64,000 nucleotides of DNA, taken from positions 124,001-188,000 of the forward strand of contig MU058748.1 in NCBI GenBank assembly GCA_013265495.1, in the 5' to 3' direction. Under the pieces are notes generated by a model. It saw only the letters and a list, made by a program, of their open reading frames with translations, was not told the origin of the DNA and searched no databases. Within the stretch, counting starts at the first letter, position 1, and the number at the start of each line of letters is the position of its first letter. The position numbers and the translations under genes are program-made. Below are positions 1 to 12,738 of this stretch, in pieces. The DNA is from Vicugna vicugna. Lineage: Eukaryota.

Positions 1-184
1 GAATGCACCACCTCCAGGTTATAATGGATTCCTGTTTTGCTAGTCTTATCTTGAATTGTTGACTTTGATCAAACTTAGTTTTTGATGGGCAGTTCTGATC
101 ATATGATCTAATATCAGAAAAATTTCCAAAAAAGCAAAAATTAGTAAATATGCTTAAAATCATTTTGCAGGTTTACTTGGTCTT

Positions 185-533
185 TTTTTTTTTGCATTTA
201 ATTCTTTTTTGTTTGTTTGTTTGTTTGTTTTTCTTTTAACATTTTTTATTGATTTATAATCATTTTACAGTGTTGTGTCAAATTCCAGCACAATTTTTCA
301 GTCATTCATGGTCATATACACACTCATTGTCACATTTTTTTCTCTGTGATTTATCATAACATTTTGTGTATATTTCCCTGTGCTATACAGTGTAATTTTG
401 TTTATCTATTCTACAATTTTGAAATCCCAGTCTATCCCTTCCCACCCTCTACCCCCCTGGTAACCACAAGTCTGTATTCTCTGTCCATGAGTCTTTAGAT
501 TCCACATATGAGCAATCTCATATGGTATTTTTC
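185..533 (-). mobile_element. 5'-truncated young L1 3' end (camelid-type) with 13-bp TSD
   Basis: T-rich tail, then TTTTAACATTTTTTATTGATTTATAATC as in the L1 at 18947. Perfect TSD TTTACTTGGTCTT at 172-184 and 534-546. Confidence 0.93.
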
Positions 534-599
534 TTTACTTGGTCTTATTATATTGAGAAAGTGTGATGGAAAAATACAGATGTCTGCTTATATAGATAT

Positions 600-1585
600 T
601 GATCAGCAAATTGACAAACATTTTAGCAAATTAAATCCAAGATGTATAAAAATATGGGCAAAGTTGACTATATTAAAACTGATATAATAAAATTGTGGGG
701 AAAAAGTATTAAAGAATTTACACAGAATGTGGACAGCAGAAATTTAGGGTCCAGAATATACACAGAGCTTTAGAAATTAATAAGGTAAAGAAACCTCCCC
801 TCTGACAAATGGCCACAGTGCAACAATATAATTCAATAAAGAGGAAATCCACATGATTAATAAAAAAGTTATATACTGAACCTTATCAATAAAATGCAAC
901 ATAAATAATTTTTAAACGTAGTTTGTAAAAAAATGAATCTCTCTCATATTTCCAGCTTGGGGAAGAATTTAGAACATCAGAAATCAACAGCAATTTCCAC
1001 CACTGTTGGCAATGTGCACTGGTATCAGCATTTTGGAGAGCAGGTTCACAATATTTAGTAGAGTCAAACATACGCAACATTTGCTGCAATAGATATCTCA
1101 GCGGTGTCATTCTTCAGTGTAGTCCTCGGACCAAGAGGAGATAAGGTGACATTTGTAGTATTTTTCATCATAGATGCTTAAATATAAAAATTTGGAAAAG
1201 CCTAAATGTTTAGCAGTGAAACAATGACTATATTGTGGTTTAATCATAAAAAAGAATGAAAATTTATGAACCAGAGCTACACACAGAGGGAGAGAGAGAG
1301 AGAGAGGACACGATTATTAGACTATTTGAAGAAGTTCAAAGTTATATAAAAATATACAAAAATAAACATTTTAAGATACATAAGCATAAAGCAAAATTAT
1401 TAAGAAAGGTACCTGATAAGTAAGGATAAAGGGAGTGATTAGGCGGGAGTAAGGCAAATTGTGGGGAAGGAGGATAGTGCACCAATGGAGAGCTATAGAA
1501 CTACATAGTAGGTTTTAAAAATGATTTTTTCCAGTATGTGATAGATACTCCGGTATTCTTTACATTATTTTATACCTTCTATATC
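600..1585 (+). mobile_element. Ancient degraded L1 (L1ME-like) fragments
   Basis: Patchy L1 ORF2/3' motifs (AGCAAATTAAATCCAA, AAAGAGGAAATCCA, TTGGAAAAGCCTAAATGT); A-rich plus strand. Confidence 0.55.
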
Positions 1586-1602
1586 CATCTGCAGTGTTTT
1601 AG

Positions 1603-1700
1603 ACTACATTCTTTGCAATCCTCCAAATGGGAAAAAGAAAAATCCATCAAGCACTCTCGCTACTTCCAACCTGTCATTCCAAGTTTGCAGAAACTCGAAG
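1603..1700 (+). CDS. Candidate internal exon of an unidentified gene
   Basis: Pyrimidine tract + AG (1601-1602; alternative AG 1593-1594), donor AAG|GTAGGA at 1701, two retained CpGs. All three frames are open; the frame TTFFAILQMGKRKIHQALSLLPTCHSKFAETR is phase-compatible with downstream candidates. Confidence 0.4.
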
Positions 1701-1980
1701 GTAGGATATTTTCTACTTCAATATTTCTGTGTCTCCTTAGTATTTAATTTCAAATATAGTCCATGTCAAATAAATGATCTTCAATCACTTGCTCCTCTTC
1801 CTTTAAGTCAAAAATTGGGAACAGACATTGTGTAGGGAGTAATAAAACACCTACTTAGAGGGAGAAACTGTACCACATAACCATTGCCCGTTACTAAATT
1901 TAGCATTAGATCAGTTTTAAATACTGAAGTAGCAGAAGAAATTTGAAATTAAAAAAAAAGAAATCTTTGCTTATATTTCA

Positions 1981-2020
1981 AACTCTAACTCTAACCCTAA
2001 CCCTAACCTAACCCTAACCT
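1981..2020 (-). repeat. Short interstitial telomere-like repeat (TTAGGG)n
   Basis: AACTCTAACTCTAACCCTAACCCTAACCTAACCCTAACCT, about 6 perfect or degenerate CCCTAA units. Confidence 0.8.
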
Positions 2021-2084
2021 ATCTGTAGTGTGATGATTGAAAACAGAAGTAAGCAAGTTTATGTCAATGATGAGCTATACAACC

Positions 2085-2225
2085 AAGGGCATGTTACTGA
2101 ATTGAAGGGCTCATTTTTACGTCTTTCTGAAAATAGGGATAAACTGATCTTTTTTGGTTGTTGTGAAGATTAAATGTATTAAAAAACCTTAGCACCTAGT
2201 AAATTCTGAAAATTAGTAGTTACTA
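2085..2225 (+). mobile_element. MIR SINE fragment
   Basis: MIR core-like TCTGAAAATAGGGATAA...GGTTGTTGTGAAGATTAAATG. Confidence 0.65.
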
Positions 2226-2399
2226 GTATTCATTTCAATTGACATTATAAATATCCAATATGCCCAAAGAAAATTTTAATAAAATATTATCTTAAAAGTA
2301 GAAAAATGCTTTGTCAATCATAGAACAATTGATTCTTGAAAACAGCAGGGAAAGAGTAATTGATATCTTTTACTGATGAAAGAGTTAATTAAAAAACTT

Positions 2400-2820
2400 T
2401 CTAGACCCCGAAAACCATCACTCCAGGCTTATCATGAAATAAAGATCAGACACAGTTTACTTGAGGAACATCCTACAATATACCTGACCAGTACTTAAAA
2501 CCATCAAGTTCATCAAAAACAAGGAATGTTTAAGAAACTGTGGCAGCAAAGAAATGCTTAAAGAGACAAAACACCTAAATGTTACATGGTATCCTGGAAC
2601 TGAAAAATGATACTAGGTAAAATCTAAGGAAATTTGAATTACATTTGGGCTTTAGTTAATAATAATGTATCAATTATTCATTAATTGTAACAAATATACT
2701 ATAATAATGTAAGATGTTAATAATAGGAGAAACTGTGCAAGAAGGTATACGGGAACTCAATTCTATCTGCTCAACTTTTTTGAAAATCTAAAACTCTTCC
2801 AAAAACAAAGTGAATTAATA
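2400..2820 (+). mobile_element. Old L1 3' end (L1MC/L1MD-like)
   Basis: CATCAAAAACAAGGAA...TTAGTTAATAATAATGTATCAAT...AAGATGTTAATAATAGGAGAAACTG...AAATCTAAAACT. Confidence 0.8.
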
Positions 2821-2956
2821 TATAGAAAAAAAACCCCTAAAATTTTGTAGAGTATTCTTACATGTCCTATTATGTATTACTTCATACTTGTAAAAACTAA
2901 GAAAAATATAGTTATGCCAAATTTAAAGATTAAGAAATGGAGAAATCAGCAGCTTG

Positions 2957-3105
2957 ACAGGGAGGGTATATAGCTCAGTGGTAGAGTGTATGCTCAGCAC
3001 GCATGAGGTTCTGGGTTTAATCCGAAATACTTCCATTAAAAAATATATAGGTAAATAAATCCATCTAATTACCCCCTCAACAAACAAACAAACAAACAAA
3101 CAAAC
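2957..3105 (+). mobile_element. tRNA-Ala-derived camelid SINE (Vic-1 type)
   Basis: GGGAGGGTATATAGCTCAGTGGTAGAG...GGGTTTAATCC (A box, degenerate B box), (CAAA)n tail. TSD AAATCAGCAGCTTG 2943-2956 vs AAATCAGCTTCTTG 3106-3119. Confidence 0.9.
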
Positions 3106-3589
3106 AAATCAGCTTCTTGTTAATACAGAGGTGTCACTGGAGAATATATCCCAGTCTTACTGAAAATTACTTCATATTTATTAGATCACTGGTTTTGAAT
3201 CCCAAGTTGAGAAACTTTTTTGAGTTGTATGGAGGTAGTGGGAACCAGCACAAGTTTTGCACATCATTTTGTGTGTATTTAATTATTTGTTTTCCTGCAT
3301 ACAGTCTATATCCTTCCTTCTGATCCCCCAAAGATTTTAGATAGTACTTTGTATGAGCTAGATATTAAACTTGATTCTGGCTGTTCACAGGCAAATCTAA
3401 AAACACATATTTAACTTTTCCAAATTTGATCTATTTTCCAGTGGCTTGTGTTGTCAGTTTTTTTAAGGAGATATAGGTGTCAAAATCATTGTGTATCTTC
3501 ACCATAAGTAGCATAACTATACCTGATGTAATTAATAATTTAGTTGCAATAAACATTCAACTACACATATGTTGACTAATTTAATCATG

Positions 3590-3750
3590 TAATAGTCCTA
3601 TGATGGAGATAAAAGTTTCATCTCCATTTTAAAGATGAAAAAAATTTGAAATACAGAGAGTTATGTCACTTATCCTTATTCTCACAACTAATAATAGGCC
3701 CCAAATCCAAGCCCAGGAAGCCAAGTTGAGAGACTAGTTTGTTATAGATT
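3590..3750 (-). mobile_element. MIR SINE fragment
   Basis: ATCTCCATTTTAAAGATGAAAAAA...ACAGAGAGTTATGTCACTT matches the reverse MIR core. Confidence 0.7.
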
Positions 3751-5393
3751 AGAGTCCACTGTCATATACTACCTAGGGGAGAAATCTGGAAGGAAACATG
3801 CTAAAATGACACTCAGGGTTCATTAAGAAATAAAATGCTAATACATTTATGATAAATAATTTTTTAAAGAGTATTTTAAAAGACTTTATAGACTAATAGC
3901 AAATTATTTTGAAGCTTTCACTGAGTCACAATTATTTATTTAAACTACCTGACTCTCTGTAAAGATTTTGCTTTTGAAAAATTTACGAGTTACATTTATT
4001 CAATAATTCAACAGATATTTAAGAAATGCCTCACTTTGCTGGGTATAATTCTAAGTTCAGATATCCCAGGGTGAACCACACAAATTACTATGAATTTGGA
4101 TTTAATGTTTTATTATTACTCTAGTGGTAAATAAGCAAAGTGTAAATAAAGCTAGGCTAAGGGTCTAACCCATAACTTATGTTGTGATCAAGGATTATCA
4201 CTAATTATGAGACAATTTAAAGGGATTTTAGGTACATATTCATATAATTCAAATCTTTATAACTTTCATATGGATTATGTGTAAATAGAAAATGAACCTC
4301 TACTATTTATCTTTTTAAAACTTGTTTATTTCTCTGCTTAATTGATTTTTATTTTAATTAAATAAGTGAAGTGTTTGGATAATTCTTCACAGGATTACAC
4401 TGATGAACAAATTTAAGTTTAAATGATTACTAAGGATACAAATATTGCTCAATATTACCTAGACTTTAAGGAAAAAAATCCCTTTTATGGGTAAAAAATA
4501 TAATTTGGTTTTTACTCTTGTAGTTCATGTGCAATAATTTAAAATAAAAATCATTGTATTTTATAGCTTAGGTATGCCATGCATTCGTTAATATTTTCCA
4601 AATTGTATATGTAATTGGGATTCACTGACTAGTTCTCAAAGAATACATTCAAAAACAATAACCTTTCTTCCCACCAATAGACTGTTGATTGTAATAATCA
4701 TATTAAATACCTTTTAAAAATTATGAAGTACCAGTTTCTGATTATATTTGAAAGATTTCCTAACCTTTGATTAGAAGCGCAAAGATAGAAATGAAGCTCG
4801 CAATTACAGAAAATATTCCTATTTATAATACAACTTTTCTCTTCACCCTCATAGCACAGCTTGTACTTAATAACATGGTTTTATTTTACCTACAAGAGCA
4901 TAAACTGTTTTTTTATTGCACAAATCTTGGCAATACCTTTTGGATCTTTAAATTAGTAAGTTTTTTTAATATGAAAATAGTTTCCAAATAATAAAGGATA
5001 TGTAAACATTTTCCATATTCATGTAAATCTTAAGACTAAAATCTAGCAAATCTCCAATAAATTAACAAAGAATTGTTGGCTGCTTTAAGAGTTTTAGGCT
5101 TCTTTGAAATAGTCTGGTTACAAAGTATACACAATATAAGTATATAAAAAACAAATGTGTCTTTACACATTTGGGTGACTACTTTTTATTTTTATTATTT
5201 TACTTGACTCTTTAATGAGGCCTTTAGTTATAAAGTTATTTAACTGTGGGTAACCATTCAGATATTAGAAGAAATAAGGACAAAGGAATGCTTAATTATA
5301 CATTTAGGTAAGTAAAGGAAAGGTGATTTTATACTTCAAAGTATTTTTACATTTAAAGGACAGGTGTAACTCAAATTCAACATCATGAGTAAC

Positions 5394-7139
5394 TTTTTAT
5401 TTATTTATTTATTTGTTTGTTTATATTGAAGTACAGTCAGTTACAGTATGTTAGTTTGTGGTGTACAGCACAATGTCCCTGTCATGTATACACATACATA
5501 TATTCATTTTCATATTCTCTTTCATTAAAGGTTATTTCAAGATATTGAACATAGTTCCATGTGCTATACGGCAGAAACTTTTTTAAAATCTATTTTTATA
5601 TATAGTGGCTAACATTTGTAAATCTCAAATTCCCAAATTTATCCCTTCCCACCCCCTTTCCCCAGTAACCATAAGATTGTTTACTATGTCTATGAGTCTG
5701 TTTCTGTTTTGTAGATGAGTTCGTCGTGTCCTTTTATTTTCTTTCTTTTTTTTAGATCCCATATATGAATGGTATCACATGTCACTTTTCTTTCTCTTTC
5801 TGGCTTCACATAGAATGACAATCTCTAGGTCCATCCATGTTGCTGCAAATGGCATTATTTTGTTATTTTCATGGCTGAATAGTATTCCATTGTATAAACA
5901 TACCACAACTTCTTTATCCAGTACTCTGTTGATAGACATTTAGGTTTCTTCCATATCTGAGCTATTATATATAGTGTTGCTATGAACATTGAGGTGCATG
6001 TATCTTTTTGAATTAGTTACCTCTGGATATATATGCAGGAGTGGGATTGATAAATAATATGGTAAGTCTATTTTTAGTTTTTTGAGGAATTCCATGCTGT
6101 TTTCCATAACAGCTGCACCAAACTACATTCCCACCAACAGTGTAGGAGGGTTTCCCATTCTCCACACTCTCTCCAGTGTTTATTGTTCATGGACTTTTGA
6201 ATGATGGCCATTCTGACTGGCGTGAGGTGATACCTCATTGTAGTTTTGATTTACGTTTCTCTGATAATTAGTAGTATTCAGCATTTTTTCATGCACCTAT
6301 TGACCATTTGTATGTCTTCATTGGAGAATTGCTTGTTTAGGTATTCTGCCTATTTTTGGATTGGGTTTTTTTTGATGTTGTTGTTAAATTGTATGAGCTG
6401 TTTATATGTTCTGGAAATTAAGCCTTTGTCAGTCACATCATTTGCAAATATTTTCTCCCATTCCATAGGTTTTTGTTTTGTTTTGCTTATGGTTTCTTTT
6501 GCTGTGCAAAAGCTTATAAGCTTAATTAGGCCCCATTTGTTTATTTTTGCTTTCATTTCTACTGTTTGGGCAGATTGCCCTAGCGGAATTTTGCTGAGAT
6601 TTATGTCGGAGAATGTTTTGCCTGTGTTTTCTTCTAGGAGATTTATCATGTCTTGTCTCATGTTAAAGTCTTTAAACCATTTTGGGTTTATTTTTGTGTA
6701 TGGAGTGAGGAAGTGTTCTAACTTCATTGATTTACATGCTGTTATCCAATTTTCCCAGTACCACTTGCTGAAGAGACTGTCTTTTTCTCCATTTGCCTCC
6801 TTTGTCGAAGATTAATTGACCATAAGTCTGTGAGTGTTTTTCTGGGCTCTCTATTCTGTTCCATTGATCCATATATCTGTTTTTGTCCCCCCAGTACCAT
6901 GCTGTTTTGGTTACTATGGCTCTGTAGTATTTTCTGAAGTCTGGGAGGGTTATTCCTCCAGCTTCATTCTTTTTATTCAATATTTCTTTGGCAATTCTGG
7001 GTCTTTTGTGATTCCATATAAATTTTAGGATTGTTTGTTTTAGTTTTGTGGAAAATGTCCTGGGCAATTTGATAGGGATCACATTAAATCTGTAGATTGC
7101 CTTGATATTGATTCTTCCAATCCAGGAGCATGGGATATA
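5394..7139 (-). mobile_element. 5'-truncated L1 (3'UTR plus ORF2 C-terminal part)
   Basis: (TTTA)n tail, L1 3'UTR, ORF2 homology in track ORFs 6350-6727 and 6732-7181. Confidence 0.97.
6350..7139 (-). pseudogene. Frameshifted L1 ORF2p C-terminal fragment
   Basis: [29 protein letters not shown] and LTPYTKIN are canonical ORF2p motifs, split across frames. Confidence 0.95.
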
Positions 7140-8820
7140 CCTTTTAAAAATAGCATTATTCCTCTTTAAGAATAAATACAAATCATTATAGAAAATTAGA
7201 AAAGTTAAAAATTAAAAATAATAATTAAAATTAGCCACAGTAATACCTCAAAGAAATTACTACAGTCACATTATAATGTTTCATTTTCCTGTCTGTTATT
7301 TATTTATATATCCATTTATTTTTCTCCTCAGATTGAGATTATACTGTTTTGTTATCTACTTTTCTTACCTTCAGTATTCTCAGCTTGTTCTGGGACCATA
7401 TCACTAAATACTCTTTTACAAGCTGATTTTAAAAGTTATATATTTTTTCCTCAAATGGTAAAATTAGTATTTATAGAATAAATACATCTCATATTGTTTG
7501 ACTTAAATATTATTTATACATTTTAGCTATTATAAAGTGTTACAATGGATTCTATAGAGCTTTTTCTAAAAGCATGTTTTCACATCTAGTGTATACACTA
7601 CTACATTAGGTAACCATAAAATTGCTGTTATCAACAGTCATTGAAAGAATAAGGAATGGCCATCTGCAATGAATTTAGAAGTATGATTCTTTTTTACAAA
7701 TTAAGGATCCTGTGGTTAAATCTACTGTCATAAAATTTTGTTATAGCTTCTATTTTCATAATGGCTATAAAGGACAAAAAGAGGAATTTTGATATTTTGA
7801 AGTTATAGTGGCATTAAAGTTAGTTTTCTCTTATTGTATATGAACAATCAGTGGTGGATTGTGAACTGTTGTGTTTCAAATATTATTCAGATATCTGTTA
7901 TTTTATACCTCTTTTTGAGAGATAAGAGTTACACCAGGATTTCCCTTGCCTAAAAATGAGCCAAGACTTTATAATGTAACTTAGTCATCTAGGAAACATA
8001 GGATCCATTATAAAATCTTTTGTCTCAAACATTGGAAGGAAGATCAACTGTCTTTTTTTAATTATGTTTACAAATTTGAATATCAAAGCATATGTCTTAG
8101 GAGAGACAATCATTATTGAAATCTGTAAAACAAAAGAAAGTAACGTTATAAAGATGGTAAATATTTCCATGGAATTTATGAAAAACATTTTTTAGTTGTT
8201 TTGCTTCTCTAAAATAGTATATAATAGATGTATATTTCTTCTTTTATTGAGAACAGAATTAGTGTGACAGTTAAAGATTTCTTATGCTGTTTAATTTAAA
8301 TGATAAAGGGGCTAAAATTTTTGTCTTTAAAAATGTTAAATAATAATAGGTCTCTATAAAATTAAAATGTTTAAATTTAGATACTTGGCAATATAATCAG
8401 TACTTACACTCAGTGTTCCAAGTGGCTTACACACAGACCTTTGCGCTCAAGGACATGCTGACGGTACTGAGGACATATTCTGACTTGCACTCTCAGCTGG
8501 TGGAGAGTTTTTACTGAAACCACACATTTTGTATTTCCCCAGAACAAATCATTATGGTGGGTGATTTTATCAACAGAAAAGAAGCTTTCTAGTCTTTTAT
8601 TAGTGTATCACTAGCATATCCTTGAACGAGAAATGTGGTGTCCAACCTCTACCTCATACCTACAAATCTTTTTTAAGTGCATAGGTTTTAAACAAAGCCT
8701 GAACGACAGGAGTTAGGAAGAAAATATACTGTAATATTAGTTGACATATCTCCATCTAAAAAATACTTGATTTAAAATTTTGTTGTATCCGTTTTATTTT
8801 ACCCAAAATTATACATATTC

Positions 8821-9037
8821 AATTATATAATAAAATATATAATTTATTATATAATAATAAATAAGACAAATTATTATATAATATTATTATATAATAAATT
8901 ATAATATAATTAATATGTAATGTTACATAATAAATTATTATAAAATATTATATAATAAATTGTTATATGTGATATTTAATATATATTAATCTAATGCTAT
9001 AATAATATATATTAAATATACATATATATATATATAT
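8821..9037. repeat. AT-rich low-complexity / (TA)n tract
   Basis: About 215 bp almost exclusively A/T, ending in (TA)n. Confidence 0.9.
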
Positions 9038-9559
9038 TTCCAAGTGTATTTAAAGGGATATAAATAGTTAAAGTTGACTTAAACTGTCTGCTATCTGAGA
9101 ATGCATTGGACTTATGTTTCTTTCCTATCTTACTAGAGAAAATGTTTTGGTAATTCAAGCACTGGAAATCAGTAATATGAATAATTTGAATGGGTACTGG
9201 AAAAGAAAACTTGCTCTGCCCTAATTAGATATGTCAGTTGTTCTTCAGCAAAATTAATTGTAGTTGTATACATTTAGGCTTAAAGTTAAAATGAGATGAT
9301 TGAAATGTGTAATATCCAATGTTACTTTAATGTAACATTTTTCATAGTTTAGCTTCTCTGGTTCCAATCCATTCTAATCAATGTATTAAACAGATTCAAC
9401 ATATTTAATTTTTTTTTGTATTCTAAACATTTTTTTACAAGGCCTCTTTGATTTTAACATTTTATCCCCTCTTTTACTCCAGTCTTCCTTCTATTTTTAC
9501 TACTTCTCCATTTCCAGCTGTTCCTGTCTACCCATTCTTCAAGCCCTACATCCATTCTC

Positions 9560-9995
9560 AGTCTGGCTGTCATCTGGATTTCTCATTTTTCTTCGTATCA
9601 TTATCCTGGGGATAGAATGGTCAGAATGGCTTATCCACTCACTTGTAACCTCAGCTGGGATGGCTGAACAGCTAGGAGGTAGCAGATCCCTTTCTCTCTC
9701 TCTCTTTTTCTCCCCCATTATCCTTACATTATTATTTTATGCTTCCTCATTCATTGTAATACCTAGGTAGCAGGATCACTCAAAGTGTCTGGCTTCACCG
9801 AGAGTGAACATTTCAAGAGGACTAGATGAATCTGCTGCAATGATTTTTAAGACCTAGCCTCAAAAATTCCAGAGTGTCACATTTGCATTCTATTGATCAA
9901 AAAAGCAGTAAGAGCAGTCCATCTTCAAAGGGAGGAAAATTAGGTTCTACCTCTCAGTGGAAGGAATAAAAATATATCTGTGGCCATCATTCATC
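9560..9995 (-). mobile_element. MaLR LTR (MLT1G/H/J-like)
   Basis: GACCTAGCCTCAAAAATTCCAGAGTGTCAC...ATTCTATTGATCAA...TTCAAAGGGAGG...CTACCTCTC. Confidence 0.75.
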
Positions 9996-10314
9996 TTTAA
10001 TGATTTTTACTTTAGTCATACAAAGTTGAAAAACAATGTCATTCATAAAATTCACCTCCCTCTTTTATATGCTTCAGCCTTTATATATAGTGTTGGTGCT
10101 GTTTGTCAAAGTCTTTCCCTTCCCTTAGCAAAAGATTTTTCAAAAATATCCCGCCCACCCCTTTCATCTGTTTTAGGCTTCCCTTCCATGTATTTTTACA
10201 ATATCCAACTATAATGTTTATTATATTTATTTTATGATCTAATTATATATCTGCTGCCTTTTCTATACTGTGAACTTGTGAGTAGAAATTGAATTATTGA
10301 CATCTCTGGAGACC

Positions 10315-10761
10315 ATGGAGAGGCTCCTGTCTTATATGCCTTCAAAGGAGAACCTTCTAGCTTCTGCAACTCTGGGATCCACTGTGGCATATGTTTCAAA
10401 GCCATTTTCTCCCTAGGCCACTCCTCAACAGTGACTGAAGACCATGTGAACCAGAGCCAAGCCATTCCTGCCTGAGCAGGGTTCCTCCAATGGACAGTCT
10501 TTGTTCTGAGGCTCTCTATCAGGCTTCCTGAGATTTTTTTTTTCCCTCAGAACTGCACGGCATTCTGATTCATTTCCTTTTCAGTTTTCCTCCTTCTTCT
10601 TCCTTTCACAGATATCAGACCTGCATCACGCATTGAAAACTTTCCCTGCCTTCTGCATTCTTTCTCATTCATCCTTCCCTGGTGTTTTTCTCCCAATAAA
10701 TTTCTTGCCCTTCTAATTCCTCTTTCCATCTGTTTCTCAGCAGACCAGAGCTGATATAACA
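10315..10761 (+). mobile_element. ERVL LTR16-family solo LTR
   Basis: 3' end CCCAATAAATTTCTTGCCCTTCTAATTCC...CTGTTTCTCAGCAGACC...AACA typical of LTR16. Confidence 0.75.
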
Positions 10762-11904
10762 CTGTCTCCCACTGCCTAGCACTATTCCTAGGACAATATG
10801 AGAGTTCAGTTAATGCTATCAATAAAAATAATTAAATTAATGAATATATAAATGAGTAAAACTATATGTCTTCCCTCCATCATCTGCATAATGTCCAGTC
10901 ATGGAAAATATTCTGCTATTCTAAACTACAGAGAAGTTGGGACCAATAACATCCTCTGATTACTTTTTTTATTGATGTGCTGTTTTTGTAAACAAAGCCT
11001 CTATTTATGCCATGTTTATTTTAAATTATTGGAATTTACATTTCCCTCTTGTAAAACATTCTCTGTATTAAGCTTATACAATGATAAATGATGTTCTTAC
11101 TGATAGTTTGTAATTTATAATAATGTCTATTTCTAGGTGGAATTACATATTCATAAAATAAAAAGCTAAATGCATCTTCCATTTATATAAATGGGTAATT
11201 ATTCATGACATAGAGACAATAAGAAATGGTATCTGTATAAGTAATATAATATGTTATTTCACTAACTCATTATCAGAAAAAATACTGCCACTAGCAGTCA
11301 GAAATACCAGATTGTTAAAAAATAATGTTTCTGATTTCTTAAGATCAGTTGTGCATTTTTCTTCCCTCCATGTACATTTCTCTTCCATGTCAAAATCAAT
11401 TTTGGTTCTGAATATAATCTAATAAGAAAAATCTTGCAGGGTCATCATTTTGCTTGTGACGTGAGTGATATATCTAGTGTACATTCACACTGAGAGTTAC
11501 AAATGGCCACTTAGTACCTTATGAGGATACTTTGCCTGAAGAGATAATGTTCATAGATTTTTCTCTTTACAGAAACTTATTGTATTACTTAAATTTAAAA
11601 ACTTTCTTCTAGCTTTAGTAGGTTTGTTGCATCATTTCCATCCCTTTCTGGTATGATAAAATAGTAAGTGTTAAAAGAAAGTGAGGGGGAAAATAAAGGG
11701 ACGATAGATACTGATAAAAATCTTACATATGTACATATATATATATTTAAGATTCAAAGTAATTTTTTAAAAATACCCTTTATATTCTGCTTTTCCCAGT
11801 AGTTAAAATTACATATTAAAAAATAAGCATCCTTCTTATTTTTCCACATTTTTAGGAATTCATACCTTCCTCCCAGTTCTCTTTCTACCATGAAACAACT
11901 GGAG

Positions 11905-11920
11905 TGACCTAGAGTGACCC
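11905..11920 (-). promoter_or_regulatory. Consensus DR4 nuclear-receptor motif
   Basis: Minus strand reads GGGTCA-ctct-AGGTCA. Motif match only, no functional evidence. Confidence 0.3.
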
Positions 11921-12703
11921 AAGTTTAGACTGACTGCAGTGATTGATTTTGTATTGTTCCTATGCTGCTTTCATCATTGTAGTCTTCTTTAGTGGTTCAT
12001 TTGGTTTCGTGGACCATTTTGCCTCTGGCCTATTCTCCATCTTCACTACTACATCTTCCCACTCATCTTTGCTTTTAATTAATGTGAATTAAAATTAAAT
12101 TTATTTTGAGAAAGGAAAGATAATTGGATACATTCTGAGTTGTCAACAGGGTTGATAATCAGTGGTTTGAAATATTAAATATTGTATTCCTTTGGACCAT
12201 CACATTTTTATTTTTTTTTCTCCCCTTATTTTTTCCACAATTTTATTGTTCATTTAGATTTGCCATTTTGTTCTGTGGTTTTCAAAATCTCTAAAATTAG
12301 TTGTGTCATCAGCTTTTGATCAGCATCTGGAATTCTTAAGAGAAAATTGCCGAATAAATTTGATCTACAAAGGAGAAAAGGACAGTGTACCTATGTTAAC
12401 CAACTCTTGTGAAAATGTGAAAAAAATTAGTCAGGCTCGGGCGTATTTAGAGAAACCTAACTGCCATTTCTTTGAAGACAATACTTTTTTTCTTTTTCTA
12501 ATTATAGTATGTTTACAGTATTTGAGAGAGATTTCTCTTTTTCCCTGTAAGTTTTGTGGTTCCAGGTTTGGTTGAGTCATGTGCTATAAGATATGTCTAA
12601 TATTTCTTAAGATGTTTGAGACTTGATCTTTCCCTGTAAGAAAATGACCTCTACTCTGATTTACATGCAAAGTTTCCATTTTCTTCTCTGATTAAACAGT
12701 TTA

Positions 12704-12706
<3 letters not shown>

Positions 12707-12735
<29 letters not shown>
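12707..12735. repeat. (TG)14 microsatellite
   Basis: Direct observation. Confidence 0.97.

Positions 12736-12738
<3 letters not shown>

Noticed and set aside
2960..3035. Apparent tRNA-Ala gene
   Set aside because: Degenerate B box and stems, SINE tail and TSD identify it as a tRNA-derived SINE.
6246..6815. 189-aa hydrophobic plus-strand ORF
   Set aside because: Antisense of L1 ORF2, a common artefact.
7610..8659. Possible decayed minus-strand gene (donor GTAAGTA at 8407-8401, strong acceptor near 8123, vaguely Ig-like peptide)
   Set aside because: Multiple stops in the frames examined and no recognisable homology. Not distinguishable from chance without tBLASTx.
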